A stretch of DNA of 64,000 nucleotides, taken from the IMG/VR virus record IMGVR_UViG_3300046167_000888, one strand, 5' to 3'. A program made the position numbers and the translations under genes. A model generated the notes under the pieces. The model worked only from the letters and a program-made list of their open reading frames with translations, ran no database searches and was not told the DNA's origin. This document shows, piece after piece, positions 8,530 to 18,861 of this stretch (the stretch's first letter is position 1; each line of letters starts with the position of its first letter). This DNA comes from a virus.

Positions 8530-9876
8530 ATGAGTAAAAGTGTAGTAATGATTGGAGCAGGTGTAGCAAATGTAAATGCTGCTACTAAGCTAATTGACAA
8601 TGGTTTTAAGGGTAAAATTACCATTATTGATATGGGTAAAGATCCATATTTAAGACCTTATGAAGAAGTAATGACAGGTTTCCTAGGAGCAGGAGGTTGG
8701 TCTGATGGTAAATTAACTTATCATACTTCCATTGGAGGACAATTATCTAAATATTGTGGTGAAGAAAAAGCAATGGAATTATTTGATCAAGTAATTAATA
8801 ATTTTAAACGATTCCATCCTAAACCAGAAGAAGTACAATGCTCTAACCCTGTAGCTGAGCCCGATTTTATTAAACCATATTTTGGATTAAGACTATTCCC
8901 AGTATGGCACGTTGGTACAGATTATCTACATGAAATAGGTAAAAATTGGTATGACTTTTTAGTTCAAGGTGGTGTTGAATTTCTATGGGAAACTAAAGTT
9001 ACAGATATTGATTTTGATAATAGTAAAGTATACTACCCTAAAGTAGCAGAAACAGATAGTGCTGGGTTACCTGATGATTTACAATGGGTAAATATGGAAA
9101 CATTAGAATATGATGAACTTATTTTTGGTGTAGGTAAATCAGGAATTGATTTTGGTAAACAATTAGCTGAAAAGTATGATTTACCAACTGAACCAAAACC
9201 AGTACAAATTGGTGTTCGGTTTGAAGCGCCACAAAAACACTTTCAAAAATTAATTGATGTAAGCTATGATTTCAAATTGTATCGTAAATTCGAAGACAAA
9301 GGAGTATCATTACGTTCATTCTGTACAAACAACAACGCAGCTTATGTTGCCGTTGAGGAAACGTATGGAGATCATTCGTACAATGGACACGCTAAAAAAG
9401 ACGAAGCATTTAGGAACGATATGACCAATTTTGGTATTCTAATGGAAGTTAGAGGTATTGATAAACCATTTGAATGGTCTAGAGATGTAGTAAATAAATT
9501 ACAAAAAGATGGTACTGGATTATATTATAGTCCAAGTAGAAAACCATCTCAAACATCAGAAGGAATAGATGTATCAGCTATCCAAGTAGATACATTACAT
9601 AAAATATCAAAAGCAATGCAACCATACTTTATGTATGTATATGATTTTATTGAAGACATGAAAAAAGTATTCCCAACACTTAAAGATGATTGGGGTATTT
9701 ATGTGCCTGAAGTAAAATACTTATCACCTGAACCACTTGTCGATTATTCCGATTTAGCTCTTACTAAGTATCCTAACGTCCACTTTGTTGGTGATGCTCT
9801 TTCCGCTAGAGGTATAACGGTAAGTGGTGCACAAGGTACTTATGTTGCTGAAAGTTTACTAGGAAAACTAAAATAA
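8530..9876 (+). CDS. FAD-dependent oxidoreductase (COG2509-like uncharacterized dehydrogenase)
   Basis: Rossmann IGAGVA, GAGGWSDGKL, RSFC...NGHA...TNFG, and C-terminal FVGD...RGI..SGAQG. Confidence 0.8.
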   Translation: MSKSVVMIGAGVANVNAATKLIDNGFKGKITIIDMGKDPYLRPYEEVMTGFLGAGGWSDGKLTYHTSIGGQLSKYCGEEKAMELFDQVINNFKRFHPKPEEVQCSNPVAEPDFIKPYFGLRLFPVWHVGTDYLHEIGKNWYDFLVQGGVEFLWETKVTDIDFDNSKVYYPKVAETDSAGLPDDLQWVNMETLEYDELIFGVGKSGIDFGKQLAEKYDLPTEPKPVQIGVRFEAPQKHFQKLIDVSYDFKLYRKFEDKGVSLRSFCTNNNAAYVAVEETYGDHSYNGHAKKDEAFRNDMTNFGILMEVRGIDKPFEWSRDVVNKLQKDGTGLYYSPSRKPSQTSEGIDVSAIQVDTLHKISKAMQPYFMYVYDFIEDMKKVFPTLKDDWGIYVPEVKYLSPEPLVDYSDLALTKYPNVHFVGDALSARGITVSGAQGTYVAESLLGKLK

Positions 9877-9888
9877 ATTTCGTATATT

Positions 9889-10152
9889 ATGGGCATGAAA
9901 AATAAAGAAAACGAGTGGCCAAAGAGCCAAAGATTGAAAAAAGCAGATGGTACTGTAGCATATATTTGGGATAATAAACTTCACAATTGGGAAGGTCCAG
10001 CACTAATACCAGAAGGAAATGAAAAGAAAGCTGAGTATTATCTTTATGGTATTCCATATACAAAAGAAGATCATAAAGAAGCGATTAGAAATCAAACGGG
10101 GTTGCCTTGGTATAAACAACCAGCACCTAAAGGACAAAATCATAGAAATTAA
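9889..10152 (+). CDS. hypothetical protein (LHNWEGPA...EYYLYG module)
   Basis: ORF directly after a promoter motif; the true start may be ATG 9895. Confidence 0.65.
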   Translation: MGMKNKENEWPKSQRLKKADGTVAYIWDNKLHNWEGPALIPEGNEKKAEYYLYGIPYTKEDHKEAIRNQTGLPWYKQPAPKGQNHRN

Positions 10153-10155
10153 AAT

Positions 10156-10686
10156 ATGAAAATAGGTTTATGCGGTACAATGAGTGTGGGGAAAACTACA
10201 CTAGTTAATGCTTTAAAACAAACAAAGCAATTTAAAGATTATATGTTTAGAACAGAACGTTCTAAGTATTTGATGGAACAAGGTATTCCACTTAATACAG
10301 ATTCAACATTAAAAGGTCAAACTATATTTTTAGCTGAACGTTGTGCTGAATTAATTCAAACAGATATTATTACAGATAGAACTGTTATTGATGTTATGGC
10401 ATTTACTATGAATGCTAAATCAATACCTTATCAGGATAAGGAAGCATTTGAAGCTTATGCTAAAGATTTTATAGGGGAATATGATTATATATTTTATATT
10501 TCTCCATATGGGATAGATGTTGAAGATAATGGAGTACGTGAAACAGATGAACATTATAGAGATTTAATTGATTTTACTATTACTACATTAATTAAAAGAT
10601 ATGGACATAAAGCAGGTAAATTAGAAAAAATATCTGGATCTACAGAGGAACGAATTGAACAAATATTGAATATTACAGGCCTTTAA
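10156..10686 (+). CDS. P-loop ATPase/nucleotide kinase (AAA_28, NadR/Ttd14-like)
   Basis: GTMSVGKTT Walker A; ITDRTVID; DNGVR. Confidence 0.75.
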   Translation: MKIGLCGTMSVGKTTLVNALKQTKQFKDYMFRTERSKYLMEQGIPLNTDSTLKGQTIFLAERCAELIQTDIITDRTVIDVMAFTMNAKSIPYQDKEAFEAYAKDFIGEYDYIFYISPYGIDVEDNGVRETDEHYRDLIDFTITTLIKRYGHKAGKLEKISGSTEERIEQILNITGL

Positions 10687-10713
10687 CATATTTATAATAA
10701 AAACTCTAATATA

Positions 10714-11319
10714 ATGAAAAGATCCGAATTAAATCAGTTTATAAAAGAAAACATTATAGAAACTTTAACTGAAAGCCCTTCATCTGAAGAAGTAAAAATG
10801 GCAAGACAAGCTGTGGCTAGGTTTATGAAGTATAGAAATGTATCACAAGAGGAAGCTGTTCGTGATTTAATTAACGCTTTAAAGGAAATCCAACCTAAAG
10901 AAGATGATCAACGATATATAGACTATCTAAGAAGAAGTGGTAGAGATAAAGAAGCAGATAAATTATCAAAAAACAACCCTGCTTTAAAAGAAGAACTTCC
11001 ATCTAAAGAAGAAGTAGAAGATACTACTGCTGCTGTTCAAGCACTTAAAAAAGAATTAGAGGATCTAAAGGAAGATGATGATATTGATGATAAAGATGCT
11101 ATAGCACAAGCTAAAGCAGCTAGAGGTAAACATAAAAAATTAGATATTGCAGTTGAAGCATTAAAGGATATTAAAACTAAAATGCAATCATTAGCAAGAA
11201 AATATAGTTCAGCTGATGAAGTAGAAAAAGAAAAAATTAAAGATGATTTAAAAGCTAAAACTGCTAAGAAAAAAGAATTAGAGTCTTTAGTTGCTAAATT
11301 AGAAAAAGATGTTGTCTAG
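10714..11319 (+). CDS. charged coiled-coil hypothetical protein (late)
   Basis: Late motif upstream; many L-x-E sites. Confidence 0.65.
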   Translation: MKRSELNQFIKENIIETLTESPSSEEVKMARQAVARFMKYRNVSQEEAVRDLINALKEIQPKEDDQRYIDYLRRSGRDKEADKLSKNNPALKEELPSKEEVEDTTAAVQALKKELEDLKEDDDIDDKDAIAQAKAARGKHKKLDIAVEALKDIKTKMQSLARKYSSADEVEKEKIKDDLKAKTAKKKELESLVAKLEKDVV

Positions 11320-11692
11320 AGAAAGGTTTATAAATTATGGAATCATCCTCCTTTTAGGTAGTGCATTAATTTATTTTGTACTTATTGGAGATGAAAGTTA
11401 TGTTGAAGATTATAATGTTAAAATTGAAGCATTAGAAGCTAAAGTTGATTCATTACATGGGATAAATGACCATTTAGTATATAAAATAGATACTTTAAAT
11501 CAGCAAATTGTTAAATTAGACAAAGAAATAGACAAACAAGATAAAAAGATTGTCACATTAAAATATAAAGTAAATGAAAAAGTTAATTCCGTTGATTCTT
11601 TTAGTGATGATGAGCTTACAAGGTTTTTCACAGAGCGTTATAGACACTACGAAGATTCAATTAAAAAAGCCGATAGCTCGTCTAGTAATTAA
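11309..11692 (+). CDS. membrane-anchored coiled-coil protein (i-spanin-like)
   Basis: N-terminal TM segment followed by heptad repeats. Confidence 0.5.
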   Translation: MLSRERFINYGIILLLGSALIYFVLIGDESYVEDYNVKIEALEAKVDSLHGINDHLVYKIDTLNQQIVKLDKEIDKQDKKIVTLKYKVNEKVNSVDSFSDDELTRFFTERYRHYEDSIKKADSSSSN

Positions 11693-11978
11693 AGATTTAA
11701 TTGTAGGTGACGGTGCGAAGGAAGAAATCAAATTATTATCTAATAAATTAGGTTTATTAGAAACAAAAATAGTTGTTAAAGATAGTGTTATATTTAATTT
11801 AAATGAAAGAGTTATGAATTTTGAGAGTATGTTAAATACCCAATCAAGTCAAATAGCTTTATCTAAAGAACTAAATGATAAACTTCAATTAGATTTAAAA
11901 AAACAAAAAGTAAAAACTAAACTAACTACAGGTGCTGGAATACTAGTTGCTGCGGGTATATTACTATTAGCAAAATAA
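11574..11978 (+). CDS. secreted coiled-coil protein with hydrophobic C-terminus, overlapping the previous gene (spanin-partner-like)
   Basis: Signal peptide MKKLIPLILL...GFS-Q; 119-nt out-of-frame overlap; C-terminal GAGILVAAGILLL. Confidence 0.5.
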   Translation: MKKLIPLILLVMMSLQGFSQSVIDTTKIQLKKPIARLVIKDLIVGDGAKEEIKLLSNKLGLLETKIVVKDSVIFNLNERVMNFESMLNTQSSQIALSKELNDKLQLDLKKQKVKTKLTTGAGILVAAGILLLAK

Positions 11979-11981
11979 TAT

Positions 11982-13556
11982 ATGTCAAATTTAAAACAAG
12001 TAATACGTTCAGAATACCTTAAATGTGCTAAAGATCCGGTGCATTTTATGCGTAAATATTGTTATATACAGCATCCACAAAGAGGACGTATACAATTCAA
12101 CCTATACCCTTTTCAAGAAAAAGTATTAACGCTAATGCGCGATAATCCTTATTCGATTATCTTAAAGTCTAGACAGTTAGGTATTTCAACATTATCAGCA
12201 GGTTATTCTTTATGGTTGATGACATTTCATAAAGATAAAAATATACTTTGTATAGCAACAAAACAAGAAACAGCTAAAAACATGGTTACAAAGGTAAAAT
12301 TTATGTATGAAAATTTACCTTCATGGCTTAAAGTAGATGCAGCTGAAAATAATAAATTAAATCTACGATTAAAAAATGGATCCCAAATTAAAGCTACATC
12401 AGCCTCAAGTGATGCAGGTAGATCAGAAGCAGTATCCTTGCTACTAATTGATGAGGCAGCTTTTATTGATAATATTGGAGAAATTTGGGCTTCAGCACAA
12501 CAAACATTAGCAACGGGTGGTGGTTGTATTGCTTTAAGTACACCATATGGTACTGGTAATTGGTTTCACCAAACATGGACTAGAGCAGAAGCAGCTGAAA
12601 ATGATTTTTTACCTATCAAATTACCTTGGTATGTTCATCCTGAAAGAGATGATGCTTGGAGAAAAAAACAAGATGAATTACTAGGTGATCCTAGAATGGC
12701 GGCACAAGAATGTGATTGTGATTTTAGTACTTCTGGTGATATTGTATTTTATCCTGAATATATAGATTATTACGAAAAAACTTATGTAAAAGACCCTATG
12801 GAAAGAAGAGGTGCTGATCAAAACTTATGGGTTTGGGAGTCACCTGATTATAGTAGGTCTTATATGGTAGTAGCTGATGTATCTAGAGGTGATGGAAAAG
12901 ATTATTCTGCATGTCATGTTATTGATGTAGAAACAAATGTACAAGTTGCTGAATATAAAGGACAATTAGGTACAAAAGAATATGGACATTTATTAGTTGG
13001 ACTAGCTACAGAATATAATGAAGCATTATTAGTAATTGAAAATGCAAATATAGGTTGGGCTACAATACAGGTAGTAATAGATAGAGCATATACTAATCTC
13101 TATTATTCACAAAAGAGTGACCAAGCAAATGTTAATTCGTATTTTGATAAATATCAAGATCATTCAAAAATGGTTCCTGGATTTACTATGTCATCAAGAA
13201 CAAGACCTATGGTAATTGGTAAATTCCAAGAATATATAAGTGATAAAGGAGTAACAATACAATCTAAAAGATTAGTAGAAGAAATGAAGACATTTATTTG
13301 GCGTAATGGTAGACCAGAAGCACAATCTGGGTATAATGACGATTTAGTAATGTCTTTTAGTATTGCAATGTATATTAGAGATACAGCATTAAAATTTAGA
13401 CAAAGAGGAATTGATTTGACAAAACAATCATTAAATAATATGACAGTCAACAGAACACCTTATCAGGGAAGTTATGGTGGAGGATATGGAAAAGTAAAAA
13501 ATCCTTACCAAATAGACACACCTGATGGAAAAGAGGATATCAGTTGGTTATTATAG
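11982..13556 (+). CDS. terL: terminase large subunit (T4 gp17-like)
   Basis: LYPFQ, KSRQLGIST Walker A, LLIDEAAF Walker B, STPYG, ADVSRG..DYS and DDLVMS nuclease motifs. Confidence 0.95.
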   Translation: MSNLKQVIRSEYLKCAKDPVHFMRKYCYIQHPQRGRIQFNLYPFQEKVLTLMRDNPYSIILKSRQLGISTLSAGYSLWLMTFHKDKNILCIATKQETAKNMVTKVKFMYENLPSWLKVDAAENNKLNLRLKNGSQIKATSASSDAGRSEAVSLLLIDEAAFIDNIGEIWASAQQTLATGGGCIALSTPYGTGNWFHQTWTRAEAAENDFLPIKLPWYVHPERDDAWRKKQDELLGDPRMAAQECDCDFSTSGDIVFYPEYIDYYEKTYVKDPMERRGADQNLWVWESPDYSRSYMVVADVSRGDGKDYSACHVIDVETNVQVAEYKGQLGTKEYGHLLVGLATEYNEALLVIENANIGWATIQVVIDRAYTNLYYSQKSDQANVNSYFDKYQDHSKMVPGFTMSSRTRPMVIGKFQEYISDKGVTIQSKRLVEEMKTFIWRNGRPEAQSGYNDDLVMSFSIAMYIRDTALKFRQRGIDLTKQSLNNMTVNRTPYQGSYGGGYGKVKNPYQIDTPDGKEDISWLL

Positions 13557-13586
13557 TAATATTTATAACAATAATTATATATTAAT

Positions 13587-15488
13587 ATGGCAGATAAAGG
13601 CGTATTTTCGAGGTTAAGGAGATTATTTTCCACCGACGTAGTAATAAGAAATGTAGGAGGTAATCAAGTAAAAACCATAGATTCAGGACATATTCAATCT
13701 ACAGGTGAATATGAAACTAACTCATTAATAGATAGATTTAACAGAGTTTATTCTACTATGCCTACGTCTTTATACGGGGCACAATTTAATTTAAATTACC
13801 AATATTTAAGAACTCAACTATACTCAGAATATGATGTAATGGATCAGGATGCAATTATTGCTTCTGCTTTAGATATCGTTGCTGATGAATGTACACTTAA
13901 AAATGATATGGGTGAAGTACTTCAAATTAGAAGTTCAAATGAAGACATACAAAAAATATTATATAACCTATTTTATGATGTATTAAATGTAGAGTTTAAT
14001 CTTTGGATGTGGGTTAGACAAATGTGTAAATATGGAGATTTCTTCCTAAAACTAGATATAGCAGAAAAATTTGGTGTTTATAATGTAATTCCTTATACTG
14101 CTTACCATATTGAAAGAATTGAAGGATCAAATCCTGAAAACCCAGCTGAAATAAAATATAAATGGAATCCAGATGGATTTGCAGGTAGTTCTTATGGTTA
14201 CTATAATGTACCAGGACAACAATTAGATGCAGGTCCAGATGATAAAGGTTCTATTATATATGACAATTATGAAATGGCTCATTTTAGAATGGTAGGTGAT
14301 GTTAATTATCTTCCTTATGGTAGAGCTTATATTGAACCAGCTAGAAAATTATTTAAACAATATACATTAATGGAGGACGCGATGTTAATTCATAGAATTG
14401 CTCGTGCACCAGAAAAAAGAGTATTTTATGTAAATGTTGGAGCTATTCCACCTAATGAAGTAGAAGCATTCATGCAGAAAACTATTTCAAACATGAAACG
14501 TACTCCTATGATGGATGAAAAAACAGGTGAATATAACTTAAAGTACAACATGCAAAACATGATGGAAGATTTTTATATTCCTGTTAGAGGAAACGATTCA
14601 TCTACTAAAATAGATACTACACCAGGTTTACAGTATGATGGTATTGCTGATGTAGAATATTTAAGAGAAAAATTATTTGCTGCACTTAAAATACCTAAAG
14701 CATTTTTAGGATATGATGAGAATATAGAAGGTAAAGCTACATTAGCAGCAGAAGATATTAGATTTGCTCGTACAATTGATAGAATTCAAAGAATATTACT
14801 TTCAGAATTAAATAAAATTGCATTAGTACATTTATATACTCAAGGTTATACAGATGAAACATTGACTAATTTTGAATTATCAATGACAACCCCATCAATT
14901 ATATATGATCAAGAAAGAATTGAATTATTAAAATCTAAAACTGAATTAGCACAACAAATGTTAGATCAAGGTTTAGTACCTTCAGATTGGATTTATCATA
15001 ACATTTTCCACTTTAGTGAAGATCAATATGATGAATACAGAGATTTAACTAGAGAAGATGCTAAACGTAAATTTAGATTAGCTCAAATTGAGGCTGAAGG
15101 TAATGATCCTGTTGAAACAGGTAAATCTTATGGTACACCTCATGATTTAGCTTCATTATATGGTAAAGGTAGAATGTACTCAGAACCAGGAAATGTTCCA
15201 GAACCAGATAAATATGCACAAGATGGTCCTGGAAGACCAGTTGATAGTACAACTACAAGAGGTAAACAAGATAATAACTTTGGTAAAGACCCATTAGGTG
15301 TAAAACGTATGAAAGATACGGATAGAAATGATGGTGATGGTAGACCTTCATTAAGTGAATTTGAAAGTCCTAAAGTTACTTTTTTGAAAAATAAGGAAAT
15401 GTTTAGTAAGATGAATAAAAAGCGCTTAGTCTTTGAACAAGAAAAAGATGATAGTAAGCTACTTGATGAATCTCAACTAAAAGGTTAA
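13587..15488 (+). CDS. portal protein (T4 gp20-like)
   Basis: LMEDAMLIHRIARAPEKRVFYVNVG, MEDFYIPVRG, ALKIPK. Confidence 0.95.
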   Translation: MADKGVFSRLRRLFSTDVVIRNVGGNQVKTIDSGHIQSTGEYETNSLIDRFNRVYSTMPTSLYGAQFNLNYQYLRTQLYSEYDVMDQDAIIASALDIVADECTLKNDMGEVLQIRSSNEDIQKILYNLFYDVLNVEFNLWMWVRQMCKYGDFFLKLDIAEKFGVYNVIPYTAYHIERIEGSNPENPAEIKYKWNPDGFAGSSYGYYNVPGQQLDAGPDDKGSIIYDNYEMAHFRMVGDVNYLPYGRAYIEPARKLFKQYTLMEDAMLIHRIARAPEKRVFYVNVGAIPPNEVEAFMQKTISNMKRTPMMDEKTGEYNLKYNMQNMMEDFYIPVRGNDSSTKIDTTPGLQYDGIADVEYLREKLFAALKIPKAFLGYDENIEGKATLAAEDIRFARTIDRIQRILLSELNKIALVHLYTQGYTDETLTNFELSMTTPSIIYDQERIELLKSKTELAQQMLDQGLVPSDWIYHNIFHFSEDQYDEYRDLTREDAKRKFRLAQIEAEGNDPVETGKSYGTPHDLASLYGKGRMYSEPGNVPEPDKYAQDGPGRPVDSTTTRGKQDNNFGKDPLGVKRMKDTDRNDGDGRPSLSEFESPKVTFLKNKEMFSKMNKKRLVFEQEKDDSKLLDESQLKG

Positions 15489-15509
15489 TATTTATAAATA
15501 AATATATTT

Positions 15510-16385
15510 TTGATGAAAATAAAACATTCAAAGTATAAGAATACAGGTATTCTTTTCGAGTTACTGGTTAGACAAATAACAGCAGATACATTAAAAGGTG
15601 ATGATTCACCCGCTATTGATCTGTTAAAAAAATATTTTGTTAAGTCCGAATTAGGACGTGAATACAAACTGTATGAATCAATACTAAAATCTAAAGTAAT
15701 TAATGAATCTAGGGCAACTTTATTTATTAATACTGCTCTTGATAACTCTAAAAGATTTAACAAAACAAGCTTAAAAAAGCAAAAATATAATCTAATTAAT
15801 GAAATTAAAAACCATTATGATTTAGATACGTTTTTTGGGGCTAAAATCAAGAATTATAAAGAATTAGCAGCTTTATATACTTTAATAGAAGGAGTAAATG
15901 CTGAAAAATCTACAGATACTAAACAATTAGTTAATAATAAAATTACTTTATTAGAATTTTTAACTAAAAAAGAAGTATCAACTAAACAAAAAGATATAGT
16001 ACTAAATGAGTTTAAAACTTATGATAAAGATACTAGAATCTTAACATATAAAGTATTATTAGAAAACTTTAACGATAAATATGATAATTTATCATCTGAT
16101 CAAAAACAAGTATTAAAAGAATTTATTAATTCTGTTGATTCAACTCCAGGTTTAAGAAATTTCTATAATACTAAAATTGGAGAATTAAAATCTTCTTTAA
16201 ATGAAGAAGCTAAAAATGTTAAAGATAAAGCGACACAAGTAAAAATTACTGAAGTAGCTAAGTTTTTAACTGAATTAAATAAATCAGATAAAGTAAATAC
16301 TGATAATTTAGTTGATTTGTTACAATATTATGAATTAGTAAACGAAATCAAAATAGCAAATGGCAAATTACAAGTACAAAATTAG
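15510..16385 (+). CDS. hypothetical protein in head module
   Basis: Long ORF with a late motif upstream, between portal and protease. Confidence 0.75.
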   Translation: MMKIKHSKYKNTGILFELLVRQITADTLKGDDSPAIDLLKKYFVKSELGREYKLYESILKSKVINESRATLFINTALDNSKRFNKTSLKKQKYNLINEIKNHYDLDTFFGAKIKNYKELAALYTLIEGVNAEKSTDTKQLVNNKITLLEFLTKKEVSTKQKDIVLNEFKTYDKDTRILTYKVLLENFNDKYDNLSSDQKQVLKEFINSVDSTPGLRNFYNTKIGELKSSLNEEAKNVKDKATQVKITEVAKFLTELNKSDKVNTDNLVDLLQYYELVNEIKIANGKLQVQN

Positions 16386-17151
16386 TGAGGCACCGTCTCC
16401 CAATTTAGCAAAACAAATAGGAGCTAAAATTGGAGATGTTACTTATTCTAAAGATGGAGATACTAGATTTACTGTAGATGCAGTAGACCCAGAAAGTGGT
16501 CAGGTATCTTGGAAAGTTGCAAATTTACCTAACTTTGACAAATTATTTGATGGGGTAACTGATGCAACTGTTACTGCTAAAGGTGTTTATACTAAAGTAA
16601 AAGATGATGAAAAATTTAGAGAGTTTTATGAAGAATTAAAATCCATTCGAAATAAAATCAGAACTCATTTACGTAAAGAATACCCAGAAGATTATAAAAG
16701 AATGACTATAGACGAAGAAACAGATATACAAGCACCAATTTCAAAAATAAATTTAGCTAAAGCTAATAATCAAATTAATAATTCTTCAGGTCTTGCGGAT
16801 TATACATTAGATGTTCTTGATCAAATTAAAGATAAAGAACAAGACGCTTTATTTAATAACAACAATATTAAACAAGCTATTAACTTTTTAAAAAAAGCTA
16901 AAGGTGTAGAAGAATTATCTACTTCCGGTGCAGCTGGACCAATTCAAACACCATATGCTTTTAAATTAAAGAAAAAGAAAAAAGTAGATGAAGGAGTAGG
17001 TGCTACATTAGGACCTGGACCAGCAGCAGGAGAAGATGGAGTAAAAGATAATGCATATGTAAAGCAATTTAAATATAAATTAGTTCCAAAGAATAAAGAT
17101 GGTACCTATGTACAGAAAGGTTCAGGACTCGAAGTAAAAAAACTTTATTAA
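16360..17151 (+). CDS. hypothetical head-module protein
   Basis: ORF with modules separated by V/I-x-E sites. Confidence 0.7.
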   Translation: MANYKYKISEAPSPNLAKQIGAKIGDVTYSKDGDTRFTVDAVDPESGQVSWKVANLPNFDKLFDGVTDATVTAKGVYTKVKDDEKFREFYEELKSIRNKIRTHLRKEYPEDYKRMTIDEETDIQAPISKINLAKANNQINNSSGLADYTLDVLDQIKDKEQDALFNNNNIKQAINFLKKAKGVEELSTSGAAGPIQTPYAFKLKKKKKVDEGVGATLGPGPAAGEDGVKDNAYVKQFKYKLVPKNKDGTYVQKGSGLEVKKLY

Positions 17152-17152
17152 T

Positions 17153-17389
17153 ATGTATAAGTATAGATTAGTTGAGCAAGACGACAAAGCATCACAATAC
17201 CAACAAGAACGTATTGATGCTTTTGACGAGCTTGAAACTAGATTAGATAATATTAAAAAATTATTGCGTCAAGCAAAAATAGAAACTATAAAAGTATATA
17301 GAGAACAGCCAACTACTTTTGCTGTAGTAAAACCTACAGATTTAATAGGCGAATTTATAAAAGACATAGAAACATTATTAGAAAAATAA
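17153..17389 (+). CDS. hypothetical protein
   Basis: Tightly packed ORF. Confidence 0.7.
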   Translation: MYKYRLVEQDDKASQYQQERIDAFDELETRLDNIKKLLRQAKIETIKVYREQPTTFAVVKPTDLIGEFIKDIETLLEK

Positions 17390-17390
17390 T

Positions 17391-18860
17391 ATGAAAACAC
17401 TACAAGAACAATACAACCAAATCCAAAAAGGTGAAGGTCGTAAAGATTTATTTTTAAAAGAAGCTAAATCAAAATATCCAAATTTGATTTCAAATATTAC
17501 TTCATTTAGCGATGCTGAAAAAATCCTAAAAAGTAAAAGTGTCATCAATGAAGAACTAGGTGGTGTAGTTACATTACAACCAGTAAACAAATTAACTTCT
17601 GAAGACTTTAACCCAAATAAACAAGCTTGGGAAAACAAGTTCGAACAGTTTTTAGCTGAAGCAGGTAAAAAAGAATTAAATCCTATTGTTGATACTAAAG
17701 TAGAAGAAGAAATCAATGATAAAGCAGGTGATGAAAAAATTAAAGCTGAAGAAAAAGAAACAGCTAAAGAAGTAATCAATACTCAAGATAGAAATTATGA
17801 TTACTCTCCTAAAGTAGATAACATTAATAATGTTAATGCTCAGGAAATGATGAATGGTGTATACTGTGAAATTAAAGAAAACCCAAGCTTATCACTAGAA
17901 GAAGCACAAGCTAAAGTAATTAAAAATTTAGCTAAAGACCAAATGTATTATGTAAAAGAAGGTCAATTTGGAGTTGCGGGGTTAGGATACTCAGAACAAA
18001 AAGTTGAAGAAAATAGTGGTAAAACATATGGTGGTAGTGGATACAGTGATAAAGTAAAAGAAGGTAAAGCTGATATGGTACCAGTTAAAGAATCAGTAGA
18101 CACAAAAATTAAATCTTTAATTAAAGAACATTTAGGTGGAGTTGTTACTACAGGTAACCCAAATTCATTAGCAGCACAATCAGGAAATGCTATTAGACAA
18201 ATGATGCAAGAAGAATGGCAAGAAGAAGTAGGTTCTCAATACCATGATTCATTATATGCTGAAGGTGAAAAAAGACCTGATTATCCAGATGTAGATGGAG
18301 ATGGTGATACTAAAGAACCAATGGAAAAAGCACTTAAGGATAAAAAAGAAAAAAAGAAAAAAGTAAAAAAAGAATCAATTGACTCTAAATTAGCTGAAAT
18401 AGGTAAAGAAGCAGAAGCTGTAAAATTAGAAGCTCAATTAGATTATATCCATGAGTATATTCAAGAAAAAGTAGATAGAGTTGCTTCAATTAATGAAGAT
18501 GAAAATCTTAAAGAATTAATTGATAAAAAGAAAATGAAAGACATGCAAAGAGAAATCAAGCTTTTAGAAAAGAAAAAAGCAGCGATGGAAAAAATCTATG
18601 AAAAGTCTTGTGGTAAAAAATATTCTAAAAAGGAAATGGTAGATGAAGTTAATGACGAAGCTGAACTACCTATGGATGAAAGTACAGTAAATGAGGGTAC
18701 TTCTACTCCAGAAATGTCTGCTGCAATAGCTGAAATTAAAGCTAAACTAGAAGAAGGTGGTTACCCATTTGATCAATGTTTAGATGATAATGAACCTAAA
18801 TACGGAAAAGAAGGAGCAGCTAAAATATGTGGTAGTATTAAAGCAAAACACGGAGAATAA
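17391..18860 (+). CDS. putative prohead core/internal protein
   Basis: Charged; repeated INE/IKE/LAE sites; DVDGDGD Ca-loop-like motif; directly upstream of the protease. Confidence 0.6.
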   Translation: MKTLQEQYNQIQKGEGRKDLFLKEAKSKYPNLISNITSFSDAEKILKSKSVINEELGGVVTLQPVNKLTSEDFNPNKQAWENKFEQFLAEAGKKELNPIVDTKVEEEINDKAGDEKIKAEEKETAKEVINTQDRNYDYSPKVDNINNVNAQEMMNGVYCEIKENPSLSLEEAQAKVIKNLAKDQMYYVKEGQFGVAGLGYSEQKVEENSGKTYGGSGYSDKVKEGKADMVPVKESVDTKIKSLIKEHLGGVVTTGNPNSLAAQSGNAIRQMMQEEWQEEVGSQYHDSLYAEGEKRPDYPDVDGDGDTKEPMEKALKDKKEKKKKVKKESIDSKLAEIGKEAEAVKLEAQLDYIHEYIQEKVDRVASINEDENLKELIDKKKMKDMQREIKLLEKKKAAMEKIYEKSCGKKYSKKEMVDEVNDEAELPMDESTVNEGTSTPEMSAAIAEIKAKLEEGGYPFDQCLDDNEPKYGKEGAAKICGSIKAKHGE

Positions 18861-18861
18861 A

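Noticed and set aside
18784-18861. Extended N-terminus of the prohead protease
   Set aside because: It overlaps the upstream gene; ATG 18862, just after its stop, is the more plausible start
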